A stretch of DNA of 64,000 nt from the NCBI RefSeq assembly GCF_964204865.1, contig NC_135263.1:10912001-10976000 (forward strand). Direction: 5' to 3'. Shown here piece by piece: positions 30,501-44,111 of this stretch. Each line of letters opens with the position of its first letter. Within the stretch, counting starts at the first letter, position 1. The translations under genes and the position numbers were made by a program. The DNA is from Styela clava. Lineage: Eukaryota. The notes under the pieces were generated by a model. It ran no database searches and was not told where the DNA came from. It was given only the letters and a program-made list of their open reading frames with translations.

Positions 30501-33500
30501 AATAAGTAATGAGGACTCGGCATAAATCTTCTGAATATTTCATACGTTTTCGTCGGCCCAGGACCTTCCTCCCAACGTCATCCAATCGTCCCCACCCGAC
30601 AGGATAATAGGGAAAGGACAAAAGTAATGCAGAAATATACAGACACTTCATGAATAAATCACACGAACGGTTAATTTTAAAGACCCGGCTGAGTACGTGT
30701 GAATTTGCGATATGCCTTTGAATATTCATGACCGGGGTCTTGTTACAAAGGTAAACCATGAGATACGGCTGTTCCGGCACTTAAGTTGATTAGAAACTCT
30801 TGAATTTTTCATTTAGTTGTCCGAATTTAGGCTTTCGTCAGTATGTAAGTTGCCTCGTATGACATTTTGACCGCCCAAAATTGCTATTTCACGATATCAA
30901 TCGTTGAGAGAATATGAAAAATATTTCACTCAGTAATGTGTAATGCGTGTCAGGTGCTCCTAACAATTTGGCGCCAGGAAATATCTATTATTCAACAGTA
31001 AACATTCACCACGCCATTCGAATGATGCATTCTCGTTATGTTATGCAAGAAACAATATTTTATGGCACAACCAAAAAGCTGGTGATAACCATTTTAGGAG
31101 TGTGATATAAGTTAAAATATTTGTGATTCAATGTCATTTAAAATAAATGAATAAAAAGTAAATGCAAAAAGTTTGGCACTATTATGATGGGAGTAAAGAA
31201 GCCTTGCCATGCCTCGGGACTTCTCCTTATTTGATAGTTTTACCTGAAAGGTACATGCGACGACAACTTGGTTGGTTACTTGCTTTCACGTAAGCAAGGT
31301 TTTCTGTCGACGTTTGGTTCTAAACTAAAAAGTTATTCAACAATGTCTTTATCGACCTGACTAGAAGTTAATGAATGGTGTCGTTTCAAATCCTGTTGTA
31401 ATATATTGAGCTAAACTCATTGCAAAAATATATATTAGGGTTAGTCTGATCCAATTTTTATAAGTTTGTTGCGGTATTTTAGTTCACAGCGAAAAGGAAA
31501 AAAATATTGGCGTATACAGGTACACCGGGGGAATGCGAATGTTGCGATCGAAATGTAACGACCGAATGTCATCTGGCGCACATCGTATAACGACGCTAAT
31601 TGTCGGGCAAATCTGATGGGCGTGAAATTTCTCGTCTAAGAACAAATGGTCATCAAAAAAAGATTTTTTTGAGAGAAATTACGAAAGACGGTGCTTCAAA
31701 GGGCACCCAACCCACGACTTGGGGAAATAATATTGTACCGAGATAACAAATAGACTGTAGTTGATTCAGATCCGATCTTATCTGAAAATTGTAAGCATCA
31801 CGTAAAAGCTCCGATTTCAACAGCGGTTCGTTCGCTCGGCAACTGTGCGTCAGCTTGAAGAGGCGGCAGTCAACTGCTGGTGTATGGGCTGCTGCCATGT
31901 GACCCGCCGGCAGAATGCCCTCGGGCCCCGATTCGGGCTATGGTGCGTTCGCCAGAAGGTCTATATATCGTAATTTTGATCTTTACTTGTGTCTACATTT
32001 TGGCATCATAAAGAAATCTAGTTGTAAATGACATTGGGCCAGCAAAAACAAAAATATTTAGCAATAATTCAAAGGTAATCTTATACCAATAAATACCAAT
32101 GAACTAAAACACGTCAAATTCATTCCATCATCATTAAACTATTGTTTTCGCTAGAGCAAAAATTCAGAATTCAAATTTGAAATTCTACCTGTCTAGTTTC
32201 GCTGTAGCAGAATAGCGTTTTTTCAACCTGATTTCTCACTTTTCTCGTTGCCAGCAGTACGTCATCACAAGCCCAAAAAAAATCCGTGCTGTTTGGTTTT
32301 CAACATTTTATTGTATATTGCCTCGGCCACGATATTATATTAAAATCACACTCATCATAAATCAAATCGAAAAGGGAATGTAAAACAAGAAATACAAAAA
32401 TATCGGAACTGTAAAACTAAAATATCATAATAATAATAATAACAATAATAAAAAGGACTTTAAAAGTGGACCCAGGTAGAAGAAAGGCAAAACATCTCTC
32501 AGTTAATGCTGAATGGTCGACTAAATAAATCAACATAAATTATTTTGATCCCAGTGAATAATAGAATGGAATACTTTACCATACCATTACCTTCAGCATA
32601 CTTTTTTTAATTTGCCTCATTAATTCAAGTGACATGCTCCAATCAATAAATCCAAGATTTTTTGAATTGGACCAAGAGAAGTTTAGCTACAATAAAATGA
32701 ACCACCGTGCACTACGACTCAAGTCACCGTTTGTTTGCAGTACAAAACATTTGGTATATGAATGGATGAAAAGGTAATCGTTGAGAATCAAAATAACAAG
32801 AAAAATAAAATAAATAAAATGAAACGCAAGAATAACTTTGGATAACAAAAATAAACTTTTGTTTTGGAGATAACCAAAGAGTTAGTTAGTGGTTGAAGTT
32901 TGCAGTTTCAAACAGTTTTTCAAGATAATCCCAAAACAATAAAAAAAAAGCGTAAAAGCTGGTAAATTTATCGTAAATTAAACGGATCTTAGATTGTTGA
33001 AATAGTGTATCACAGGGTTCATCAGTTATTTTCTTGATTATTTTTTAACATTATAAAAATTGAGCCGCTGATGAAATTCTATTACCTTCTACGCTTGTTC
33101 AAAAAACAATTATATATCACAAAAACAAATAATAATAAAGACTGTTTGGTATTATCCTAAATACGATTTTGGTTAATGATATTATTAAAAAAAAAATATA
33201 AGTCCAATTCGGGCAAATTGAGTCGTTTTATGTTTGATTGAACTTGCTGTTGTGAATTTATCAAATATTTTTGTGAATCCTTGTTTTGAAAACACGGAGT
33301 CAAGAAAGTGCGTCGTAGATATATTCATAGTCAACGCAATTATTCTTCTTTATTCTCAGGCGGCTTTAATTTTGTCGAGATGTGGCAACGGTTAAACCCA
33401 GTTTTATCGTTTTTTAGTTCGCTCACTCAGTGACTAAGTAACTTGCTGTTCATGAACCTTCATGGTATAACCGCCAAATAGAGCGACTATTCCGAACAGC

Positions 33501-33604
33501 TATCGATCGCTGGCAATGACGTTGCCTTGTACCAAGCAACACGAAGTTGACAGCCTGTGTTTTGCTGACGCATTCCAGTCGTTTGAACTTTTCTTTATAA
33601 AAAG

Positions 33605-36600
33605 TTACATCATGTTTTCCTACAAAATGAAAAGATTTTTTGAATTTCAGTACTAACAAAAACACAAAGAAAGTTTTAAGTTTATATCAGGGAATCAACC
33701 CGACTTTTTTTGTATAGGTAGCTGATATTCAGCAAAATGTAGACGAAACTCAACCATTAATTGGGAGCATAACCCCATATTTGTTATTTTAAGGTGCTCA
33801 GAAATGATATGAATAAAATAAATATATATAATATTTGGAAATTTCAAATTACCATTTATCTTTAAAATATACCGCGAAACAAAAGTGTTACTCACCCCAT
33901 TGAATGCAGAGAACTTCATTCGCTTTTGTTTTTGCCTCTGATTGCAAAACCAAACTCGGACGACATTCTTTTTTAAATCCAATTTGTCGGCGATTGCGGC
34001 AATTTTTTCTGACGACGGTCTTGGCTGAAAATGAAAAATGAAGCGTTATATACGTGTGATATAACAGTAGAAGCTTCGTAATATCCTTTGTACAATAACG
34101 TTCGCTCAAACAATATCGAACCGATATTGTATATTCAAATGACAAATTTATAAAAATATGCGTTTTAAAATAAAATTGTTTCATGTAAAGGCCAAGAAAG
34201 ATTTAGCAACAAGCGAGTTGCCTTGTTTGACACAAAAATGGATGATTCCGAAGCGCTATTAGTGATATATATATATGTTAAAAAAATCAAAAATGGCGGA
34301 ATTTAGAATCTAATATTTACATTAAAATGATTAGAAACATGACAGAAAATGTCTCAAAATGGTGGAATACAAACATTATTATTGTATGGCAAACAAACCT
34401 GCAAAGAAAAATATGCTTCAAGTGATCTTTTTTCCGGGGCCGCAATTGAAGTACGTTTGCGTTTCTTTTCAGCTAAACCCGATTCTTCCATTTTTCTGCG
34501 ATATTCGGCTTCAGCTTGCTCAAGCCAAGTCATTAAAATTGGCTTCAACGCAACCATGTTGTTATGACTCAGGGTTAATGACTCAAACCTGAAAGAAGGA
34601 AAAATTTGTTTACATTGTTTGTTACATTTTCATTTCGATATATATATCGTTTCAACTGACTTTGGAATGACTTACCTACAAATTGTGCTTTGGCTTAATG
34701 ACCCAACTCCAGGTAACTTCAATTTTGCGAGTGCTTGTCCAACATCACATTGTGTTACTCCTAATTTGATTCTCCTTTGCTTGAATCTGTTTGTAATGTT
34801 ATAGAAATTATGTTAGAGACGAAGGTATTAAAACTATGTATATTGCGAAAAGGGATTCAAACCACAATAAAAACAGAGGTATAAGTTTGACATTTTTTAG
34901 AATATATCACAGAATATTTTGAAACTCAAATTCATTCTGCTATTTTCATACAACATGTAGATACTAACCGTTCAGCGAAAGCTTCAAGTTCACGAGGATC
35001 TGTGTCATAGTCGCCTACCGGTAGCGATGGGTGTGTGATAGGCGGGGAACAAGCTTTAAAAACAAAGAAATCTGTTATGCATAACTAGTAAAACTCAATA
35101 TATATATATATTTCGATTGTTAACGTATGAAAAATTCAAGCAACTTACCTCCGTTATGTTGTTGGGAGTGCATATCAGAAGAGGCTGATGAAGCAGGAGT
35201 AGCCATGGCCACACCGGGATGAAACGCCATTGAAGACGGTGGTTGTGTGTTAAAACCTGGCAACCCGCTTTCTGATGTCGGCATCATTCCTGATGACGCG
35301 CTGAAGGAAGGTGGTTGGTAGGTCGAAAACGAAGAACTATCAAAAGAAATATAAAAAATCACAAAATGTATATATTAAAAAATAAGAACTTTAGAGAGTC
35401 ATATATGTACTTACCAATGAGATGGATTGCTCAGTTGCTCCATCAAATCTGCGCCAGAATCTGTGATGCTGAGAGGACCTTGTGTGAGTGGACCTTGGTG
35501 CATAGTGTGAAGCGGAGATGGGTGGTGTATTCCGGGTGGAGGTGGCATAGCTCCATATACTAAATAAAAAACGTTTGTCAGTTGTTGTTATCTCTACCTG
35601 TGCTATTCACTTTACACGTATCTCAGACAAGAACATTATGCGCATACCCATGAACTAGTTAATCGCAGAATGAATTTATAGCGAATACTTGTTACGATAA
35701 TGAATGAAAGTTTGTTATACCTGGAGGCGGGTGTACAGATCCAGGTCCCATGCCCATTCCTGCGTGGTGTGCTTGTGGTGGCATATGGTGTGGCGGTGGT
35801 GCGCCCATTGGGTAATAACCTGACACAGTCGATTCTGGTTTGAATTGATTTTTTCCGGGGTAGTCTACAGCAGCCAGTGCTTCAGCTCTAGCTAGGAATG
35901 TTTCATCAAACCCGGCAAATAAATTTCCCTAGAAAAAAAAACATTTCAAATTAAATAACGTGGGAACATTGTGTGATATAATTGCGAAAGTTGTCAAGCT
36001 AATTTAAGAGAAAAGAGGGGTTGTTAGAGCTTTGTATGTTAATTGGCATATTCATAGTGACCATGCAATAATTCATACATCCTCTTTTTCCGTATGGAAC
36101 ATGCCCTTCGCTTAATTCGATTCGTTACGCTCTAATATGTTTCCGTAACAATGGAGCTCAAAGCGGACTTTTTAAAACAGGCCGAGGACGCCATTTTCCG
36201 TAATATCGAAGCTCGCTCGATCTGGAGGCGTGAAATTGCGTACACAAAACGACCCGCTTCAACATATGTCTCGAACATTATTTCTATATTATAAGGAAAG
36301 ACAAAATACGATCACATTAGATATTATTGAATTAGGGAAATCGCATTCTAGGGTATTTGGTTGTAACTATCGACTGATACTTAGTCTATTTGAACAATCC
36401 AACAAAATTTTCTAATTATATTTCTTACTGGGATTAAACTTGTAAAAGTGGGGTTATCTTGCCAAAAAAAAACGATTTTTCACTGAAAAAGCCAAGCGCG
36501 ATTAAACTATGGCTCGCAACTGCTTTCGCAACTATATTTTGCAAAATATCCCAGTTTTTGATGCGCGCCTTATCGACAACAATTTCGCAGCAAGATGGAA

Positions 36601-37243
36601 CTATATGGGAACTAGTTGAGCACAACCTTATACTGTAAAATATATTTATTTTAAGACAAAATATAACTCAGTATAATTTATACGAAATAAAATATTGTTA
36701 AATTATAACAGGAACTACATTTTGTCGTCTTTAGTTCTCTCTGCCAGTAATTAGCCAATACACCATGTTTGATTTGGAAATGAAAAATCGATTGTCATTT
36801 TAAGTCCCATTTGATGCACCCGTGAGTTTTCCCAAAGCGTAGTCATCCGAGCTTAAAATCGATGTTTCGCTTTTATAAAGGAATCATTACCACATCAAAG
36901 ACATGCTCGCGAGGTTCTTTATAATTAACCGAAACTAAATGGTTATTTGCATAAAGAGATGACACTAAATCCTCAACAAGTGGACAAAACAATTTAAAAC
37001 TTTGCTCAAAAAGTCCAGTGAAAGTTAAGAATAAAATTGTAAGACAACACTCACGGAATATGTTACTGGTGAAGGCATACAGTGACGTCTCATGGCATCG
37101 GCCGCATTGTGAAGGGGCGCGTATTTTTGCTCCGGTGGAGATCCCGTGCTTGGCGGTGATCCAGCGATTGAAGACGCTGAGAGACCACCCATTGGGGACC
37201 CAGGTCTATGATGATGATGGTGTGTCAGCATGTTTGTGAACAT
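33605..37243 (-). CDS. POU4: POU class 4 (Brn3/Unc-86) homeobox transcription factor, about 419 aa
   Basis: Exons 37055-37243, 35721-35928, 35415-35559, 35149-35336, 34969-35053, 34676-34786, 34399-34588, 33896-34024, 33605-33619. POU-IV box [22 protein letters not shown]; POU-specific domain [25 protein letters not shown]...[19 protein letters not shown]; homeodomain [20 protein letters not shown]...[17 protein letters not shown]. The terminal 15-nt exon (ENMM*) is less certain. Confidence 0.96.
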
Positions 37244-40200
37244 TTTGCTGGTTGCTTGATCTTGAAGAAGTATATCCCAAGAAGCTTTTGATATATAATA
37301 TCTTAAATATCGAAGAAAACGATTTTCTGAAAACAAAATAATATATATATATATAACGTATTCTGATTGATTATAACACGAAATGCAATTCATAAAACAT
37401 TTATCTATTCTCTAAGAATTTATAGGATAATATAATATCGTCTACTATACTACAGCTCCCGATGTAATGTAATAACTAACTGACTACACCTTTTCTTTAT
37501 GTATATAAATTTTTAATTTTGTCTCTTTTTGCGGCTTTAGGCTAAATTTGCTATCTACCACCGAATTTTACCACCTAGAAGCGACAAACGCCCGCTTGGG
37601 ACCGGATGATTTTAATATTAGATGAGATATTTATTATTCATCACTGAACTTCAAGAACCTAAAATCACGGCCAAAAATGAAGAGACTTCCAATTTACCAC
37701 GGGAAAATCCGTATTGAACTCAAACCTTGATGATTTCTCCATTCTATCCATATCGTTTGATATTTAAAATTGAAAACCTTCAACTCACAGCTTGTGGAAT
37801 AGCTAGCTTGTATTAACCATGCACACCCTAATCTACATAGTTCTGAAAGACGCAGCATTATTTGATTGGGCACCGTTTTATCCCAGCCCGTCCCTCGATG
37901 ACGAACACGACTTCCTTTTTCTCTCTTTGTTACTTTTTCTAATTTTTCGTTTCGTCGTTCCGACGACGACGCACGCGTTCGCGGCACAAATCTATTACCA
38001 TTCGCTTTCGACTCACTCTTTAGCTGGCTACGTATCTCCCCCTTCCATTTAAACGTAATATTTCCTTCCTTGTTTTCTCTCGCTTTATCTTCCATCGGCT
38101 ATCATCGCAGTCAAAACACTGGAATGCACCTGTCCCACCGTAAATCCTCGTCCCATCGTGTACGCCCTCCTTCAATTACATCGTAATGCAAATTCTGGAT
38201 TAAAAAAACACCTGACGCATGCCACAAATGAACTTATGGAAAACGCCGTTTAAAAACATTTTATTCTTTACAATATGAATCATATATAGCAAAGTCATAT
38301 TTTATTATATATACTAACAAATAAATCCTCGTTGTGTTAAATTTGTTGGTTTGCTCAAAAACAGTTGACAATTTTTTTGGGCGTGGAAAATGAATAAATG
38401 ATAATTTTATTCCAGTGATTCATAATTTATCAAGTCCCACAATCATGACCATACTAGTAAGTTGTATATATAGAAATTTTCTGTCTTATAACCTTATGCC
38501 AAGATGCAAATCAAAGTTTGGGCAACGGAAATCAGTGTTTTCGATAAAGTTCGCTGCCCGTTTAAAATCAAACGCTAAAATATTTAAATGCAAATGAGTA
38601 ACAAATAAATAAACAAATCAAGAAAGTTTTATATATGCTTCATAATATGGGTGCTTAAGTATGTGAGTTTTTAAACAAACAATAAAATATCCAGTGTTGA
38701 TAATACAATAATTAACGATAGTAAAATTACTTTGTTATTGCTTTATGAGTTTCTTTATGGAGCATATGTCGCTGGCTCATTAAGAAACTCCGCTAATTTA
38801 AAATCTATTCATTATACTTGTTTTAATGATAACTGGCAATTATCATATTTCGCTAACAGCGTAAAGTTTTTTTATCGATAATGCTCTGCATTCTGCATAC
38901 CCATGCAATATGGCGTTTATTTCTTATATTTCAGCTTTTTGCTTGATACATAACCTAAACGCATATGTTTGACTGGTATTTCACCTAGCTTTGTGTCCAT
39001 GCCAAAAAATGAATGCATTGCCTTTTTGTTCCCATTCAGCACGTTGTACGATCTAAAATGCTGACGCCATATGATAAATTTCAGTTCATGAGTAGACTCT
39101 CCTGCCTTGATAAACTTTGTAGATTTGAAATGATTTTGTGTGAATTGCAAGGCTGCCTTTCAATGAGAACAAGTGTTGGAATTGAACAAGCATGTGATCG
39201 TAGAATGGAGACATTATTACGCTGGATACTCTTGCTTGGCCACTTTGAATAAGTGTTTTTCTCATCATTCGAAACATAACGAATATGCACGACCAGGCGA
39301 TACGCAATATACTCATTAACGTAATGATTAGTTTTTGTAAAGGGATGATTGCCAAAATGAAACACTCACTGAGTGAGTATTTTTCTCAACGTGCTGAACA
39401 TACCGGATACACGCGACCAGGTGACACGCGATATAATACACATCAACATAATGAGTATTTTTTAAGTGGATGATCGCATTCGGATGTCGATTACTGGTAA
39501 TTACAAAATGCTATGGGCCGTGAAACAGAACCCAACCCAATGTCACAAACGGAGCCGGAAAGGCTCATTTAATAAATTTGTTTCCGAGATTCACTTTCTA
39601 TGTAAGTCCATTTAAAGCGGAAGAAAGGGTATCCGCTGTGACATGTGTTGCGCGCACTCGCTCTTAATTGGCGAGAGATAGTGTTTCAGTCAATGAACTA
39701 TTATACGGATTACGGAAATACACATAAAGGGATTGATATTAATCTTCAAGAGTAGGATTATATGCAATAAATTATAATCAGTGTTTTTATTTATATTGCC
39801 AAGTGGACTACGCATATCAAATTTCTTCCAGACGTCGAAAAATTCAATGTCGCAACGTCTAAATACAATTTTTGACGCTTTGCTAAAATACACATTATCC
39901 TCAAAACGGCGTTAGTTCAATAAGGCGCAATGCGTTCTATACGTAAACGTTCGCGGATTGGCTTGACTTGCTGATCTTTCTTAGAGGAAAGATATAAACT
40001 TGTTTAAAATGAAGACTCCGTCATGTCTGTGAAAAGTATTGAATGCAAGTTATGGGCGAGGCTTCCAGGCGACGTCCGAAATTTGACGTGAAGTGCATAA
40101 GTCTTAGCCAATAGGCTCTAGAATTGGTTTAATGCAAATTTACCAATGTAATGATTCGAATTATATATATGCATCGACGGATATTAACCAGTAAATACAT

Positions 40201-40830
40201 CACAGATTGTAATTAAAAAAGGTATCGAATCTGAAAATCTAATTTTGCCGCCACCTTAAAATTAACTATAGTTCACTTTAACTTGCAAATGCACTGCCGT
40301 TGTACGCAGAATTGTTAAAAAGATTACGTTTGTACAATAAACAATGCTGGATTGGCAGCACGGGGTCAGAAAATGCATAGATCAGAAGAATGACAGAAAT
40401 TCTCGGGGGATTCCAGTAAATACGGACGAATTTTTCACAAATAATTACGTAGCTGTTTGGAGAAAACGTCATTTATTTGATAAATTACACTGAAAAAAAA
40501 TTTCAGCATTTCTTGCAAAAATAATAGGGTGTAGCATGACCGGGGATTGCGTGATTTACAGAAATCCTTTTGTTTTTGTCTTACTACACGCTAACAGTTC
40601 TGGACGCGGTGCAGAACGGACTAATTTTCCAGTAAGTTGATGGAGTAAACCCAAGTGTAAAATTGAGTGAAACGAAATCACATTACCAGTCCCTGAACAG
40701 GAGTGGCGCGAGCGCGAGGAAGCCACGCGTCTCTCGTGCTCTGACAGATGCGTGTTTGATTATGACGTCACATTATGAAATTATTTCTCAGCGGGAAAAG
40801 AGCTATAATCGCGAGATGACACCGCAATCT
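37244..40830 (-). promoter_or_regulatory. Pou4 5' regulatory region
   Basis: No credible ORF; CpG-richer patches with octamers (38186, 38504, 38588, 40132), CTCATTAA sites (38775, 39311), E-boxes (38127, 38209, 39418, 40745) and CACGCG sites (39410, 39425, 40724). Confidence 0.5.
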
Positions 40831-43800
40831 CGTTAGGTGGTAAATTTTAAATGTATTTGTCTACTTTTTGTATGGTCACAGTATGAATACATATGGTGTA
40901 ACCATTTTCACAACTCCTTTGAATGAGAAGTCAGCACTTCAGCAGAGATTTCACGATTACACAAAAAGTTAGAAGTTATAGGTATAAATGATTAATATAT
41001 TATAGATCTTAGTTTATTCGATGAATACCGTTTGAACAGCCCTAATTGATTTTAATTAATTTCACACCAAAGCTTTTGTTACAATATACTTTGAAACAAT
41101 AGATCTATTTTTGTTCTCACCTTAAATATCTGACTGACTAAGACTAAACTGACTAGATCACAAGCTTGATTTCTACCGTATGCGAATAATGCTAATTACT
41201 TCTGCAAAGGTTTTATTTTTAACGCCGATAATAATTCACGAATTGTTCCTATGTTAAACCTTACAATAACAAAAATTGTATTTTCTGTAGCTAGAATATA
41301 GCCTTCATACTCAGATTAGCGAGCATCAATTTAACAATGGGTGACCAAAGCATGAGTTTTAACAATATATATACTGAATATCTGCAAAAGAACAATTATT
41401 CGTTTACGATCTTTTACGCCCTATTTTTAATTCATCGTTTATTTTCTTTGACGATATCTATTTTGATTAGTCTAATTCTTTCATCTCAGTTATTCCAGAA
41501 TATGTCTTTCAAGTAAAGCTTGAATTCACACATCTCTCACTAAAATTTCCAAAAATAGTATGACACCTAAAGCAGAGTTGCGTTTGTGAATGGGAAAATA
41601 TTCACAGAAAAAAATTCCACATCGATATCCCGAAAACGATATTACAATCGACTAAACGGAGAGTTGTAGAATATTAATGAGAACAAAATTCATGTATCGA
41701 CTATTAAATCCGAATTACTATTGTTCCGGGTCTTTATTGCATTGAATTTGAGTTTAATTCGATTAGGATTTTCTTATCATCATAGACAGATTAATTCGGT
41801 TATGCTTTGCAATAAACGTTGCCACTGTCTGTAAATAGTTAAAATACGCAAATCTGATAAAAAAAAATGTTTTCTGACTACTTATTATGCTATGCAGATA
41901 TTATGATTAGTATTGGTGACGGAATGCAACTTGTATGCATTGGGTGGTTGTTTACAATCGTGAATGTTACATACATCAGCGGAAAAATGAGAGTGAAATA
42001 TATGATATTAATCAAGCAGATTGTTTTTTCTGCTCCGGCAGATATTGAACATAAAGTTGGTTGATGGTGCCACTGTGAAACGTAGATGTTTTGTTGGTCA
42101 CTCCTGAAATGCAATTTAAAAAAAACGAGTTGGAAATCAATATACTGAAAACGAATAATCTTTTCTCAAGGATAAGTGATCAATGACCATGTGATCTATG
42201 TTATTTGCACGTCATGAGCGTTTTGGGGTAAATTATTCATGACAAAATATTGTTTGCATCGTTGAAACATATGGTTTGCACATGGTTTTCGTCACCATTT
42301 TTATTGCACATCGTATGCCTTTCGTCTTATATATAATCGTCCTCTTAACAGGTGGTTTGCCAATACCAATATTGCACATCCCTCCTAGCTTTATAAACAC
42401 TTTTGTATTTTACGGTATCTCATCCACGCACATACTTTTTGCAAATGCCGGCTCATTGCAAATGTGAAATATTTTTATTACTGAGATATAACATTAAATT
42501 ATACACATTAGTGAGAGATGTCTGTATGGCAGACCAATATTACCTGCCACACAGTCATTAAATTTTTAGACCAATGGGTGTGATAATTGGTATCAATCTC
42601 ACCACAATAAAACATAGTTTAAAAACATGTTAGATAATTACGACGAAATAATTTCCATAAACATTATTGAGGGAAAAGGACGATGGCAATAGGGACAATA
42701 GAGGTTGGTGTCGATAATCACAAGTTATTTCTAAACTTCTCCCCGACAGAGCATGATGTTACGTCTCATCAACCGTCTGTTCTGAACGGTGCAATTTCGC
42801 TGTCGGTTTACCACATGTCCAGTGAACACCTGACGAGTTCGATTATAACGTTAACTAATCACCAAATGAATGGTTCGAGACGTTGTGGCAATTATTGTCA
42901 AATAAAACTTCCTTTTCCACTTTTAAAATATACACTCCAAACAAACATATATACAATGTGCGTGATTGTCGGAAAGGCAGTCTATTTATACGAATTAGTA
43001 CATAGTACATATACTATAAGTCAAATTTTCAGTTATTGAAATGATGCGCATATTTACCTGATATCATTGCTGCACACGCTTTCCCATAACCCTTGCAATT
43101 TAACCATTGGTAATAATCCAAATCGCATAACATTAATTGAAAAACTAGGCAAAATTTCAATTGAAAACCAGACCTCAAGTACAATAAATTGGGCAAGTTT
43201 TAGCAAAGAGTCGCAGGTGATTCTTTTTTTATTGAACAATTCCAAAAACAAATCTTCATTCGATCTCCCGATAGATAAATGAACAATATGAGAACAATAT
43301 CCTCCGATATTTATATCTTTCATTCGAGACAAATAACTCAACTTTTGGTACATTATAAGCTTGCAATTTGAACAAAGTCATGAATGAAAAAATACTTATT
43401 AAAAATTAAAATAGTTCCCACGATAGGTCCCGGCCTACTACACCCTATCTATATTTAATGAAGTCTTTAATGTCGAATGGAATTTTCAATATAAATGTAC
43501 CGCAGTCCCAAAAGACCATTAAAACTTGTACATAATTTAGCAAAATTCTCACCTCACACGGATTTGGGGCTTATAGTACATCCCCATAAAAATAAAATTC
43601 TGACGTATCCTGAATATCAGATGAGCTCTCTAACGCCACCATGTCCACATTATAAACCCGCCATTTTTGTTGTTATTTATACTTGATATTAAGTGCGAGG
43701 CTATATTTTAGAAATTTCTGTCAGCATAAAATATTCCTAAAAAATTGCAAGACATATCGCACCATCAATAATCAACAGCCGTCTTCCGATAAATGTCTAA

Positions 43801-44075
43801 TTTCACCAACAGGAGGGAGTTCTGTTGATTGGTAGCCCATATCAAAAAATTTCCCTTCATTTTTACTTTATCAATCACGAAGAAGCTTCATACACATATA
43901 GGTAGATACTGAATTTACATCCTAAAGATGTTTTATCCAGGAGCTTGTGTCCCAAGTGTTTACTCTAGAGTAGTATATAGTCAAGTATACATACATATAC
44001 AGAAACAAATCTGGACTAAATATCTGCATCGATTCAATTGAGTCAATTGTCCATTAAAAATACCATAGGCTACTT

Positions 44076-44078
<3 letters not shown>

Positions 44079-44108
<30 letters not shown>
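44079..44108. repeat. (AT)n microsatellite
   Basis: About 15 AT units, directly visible. Confidence 0.9.

Positions 44109-44111
<3 letters not shown>

Noticed and set aside
31172-31195. TTTGGCACTA matching the miR-96 5' end
   Set aside because: Similarity stops after 10 nt and there is no complementary arm.
32484-32489. miR-124 6-mer seed match in the putative Pou4 3' UTR
   Set aside because: A single 6-mer is expected by chance.
37694-38095. 133-aa basic ORF upstream of Pou4
   Set aside because: By-product of a purine-rich promoter or 5' UTR; no homology motif.
42683-43353. Several 70-120 aa ORFs between Pou4 and the HIPK gene
   Set aside because: No domain signature and no exon chain.
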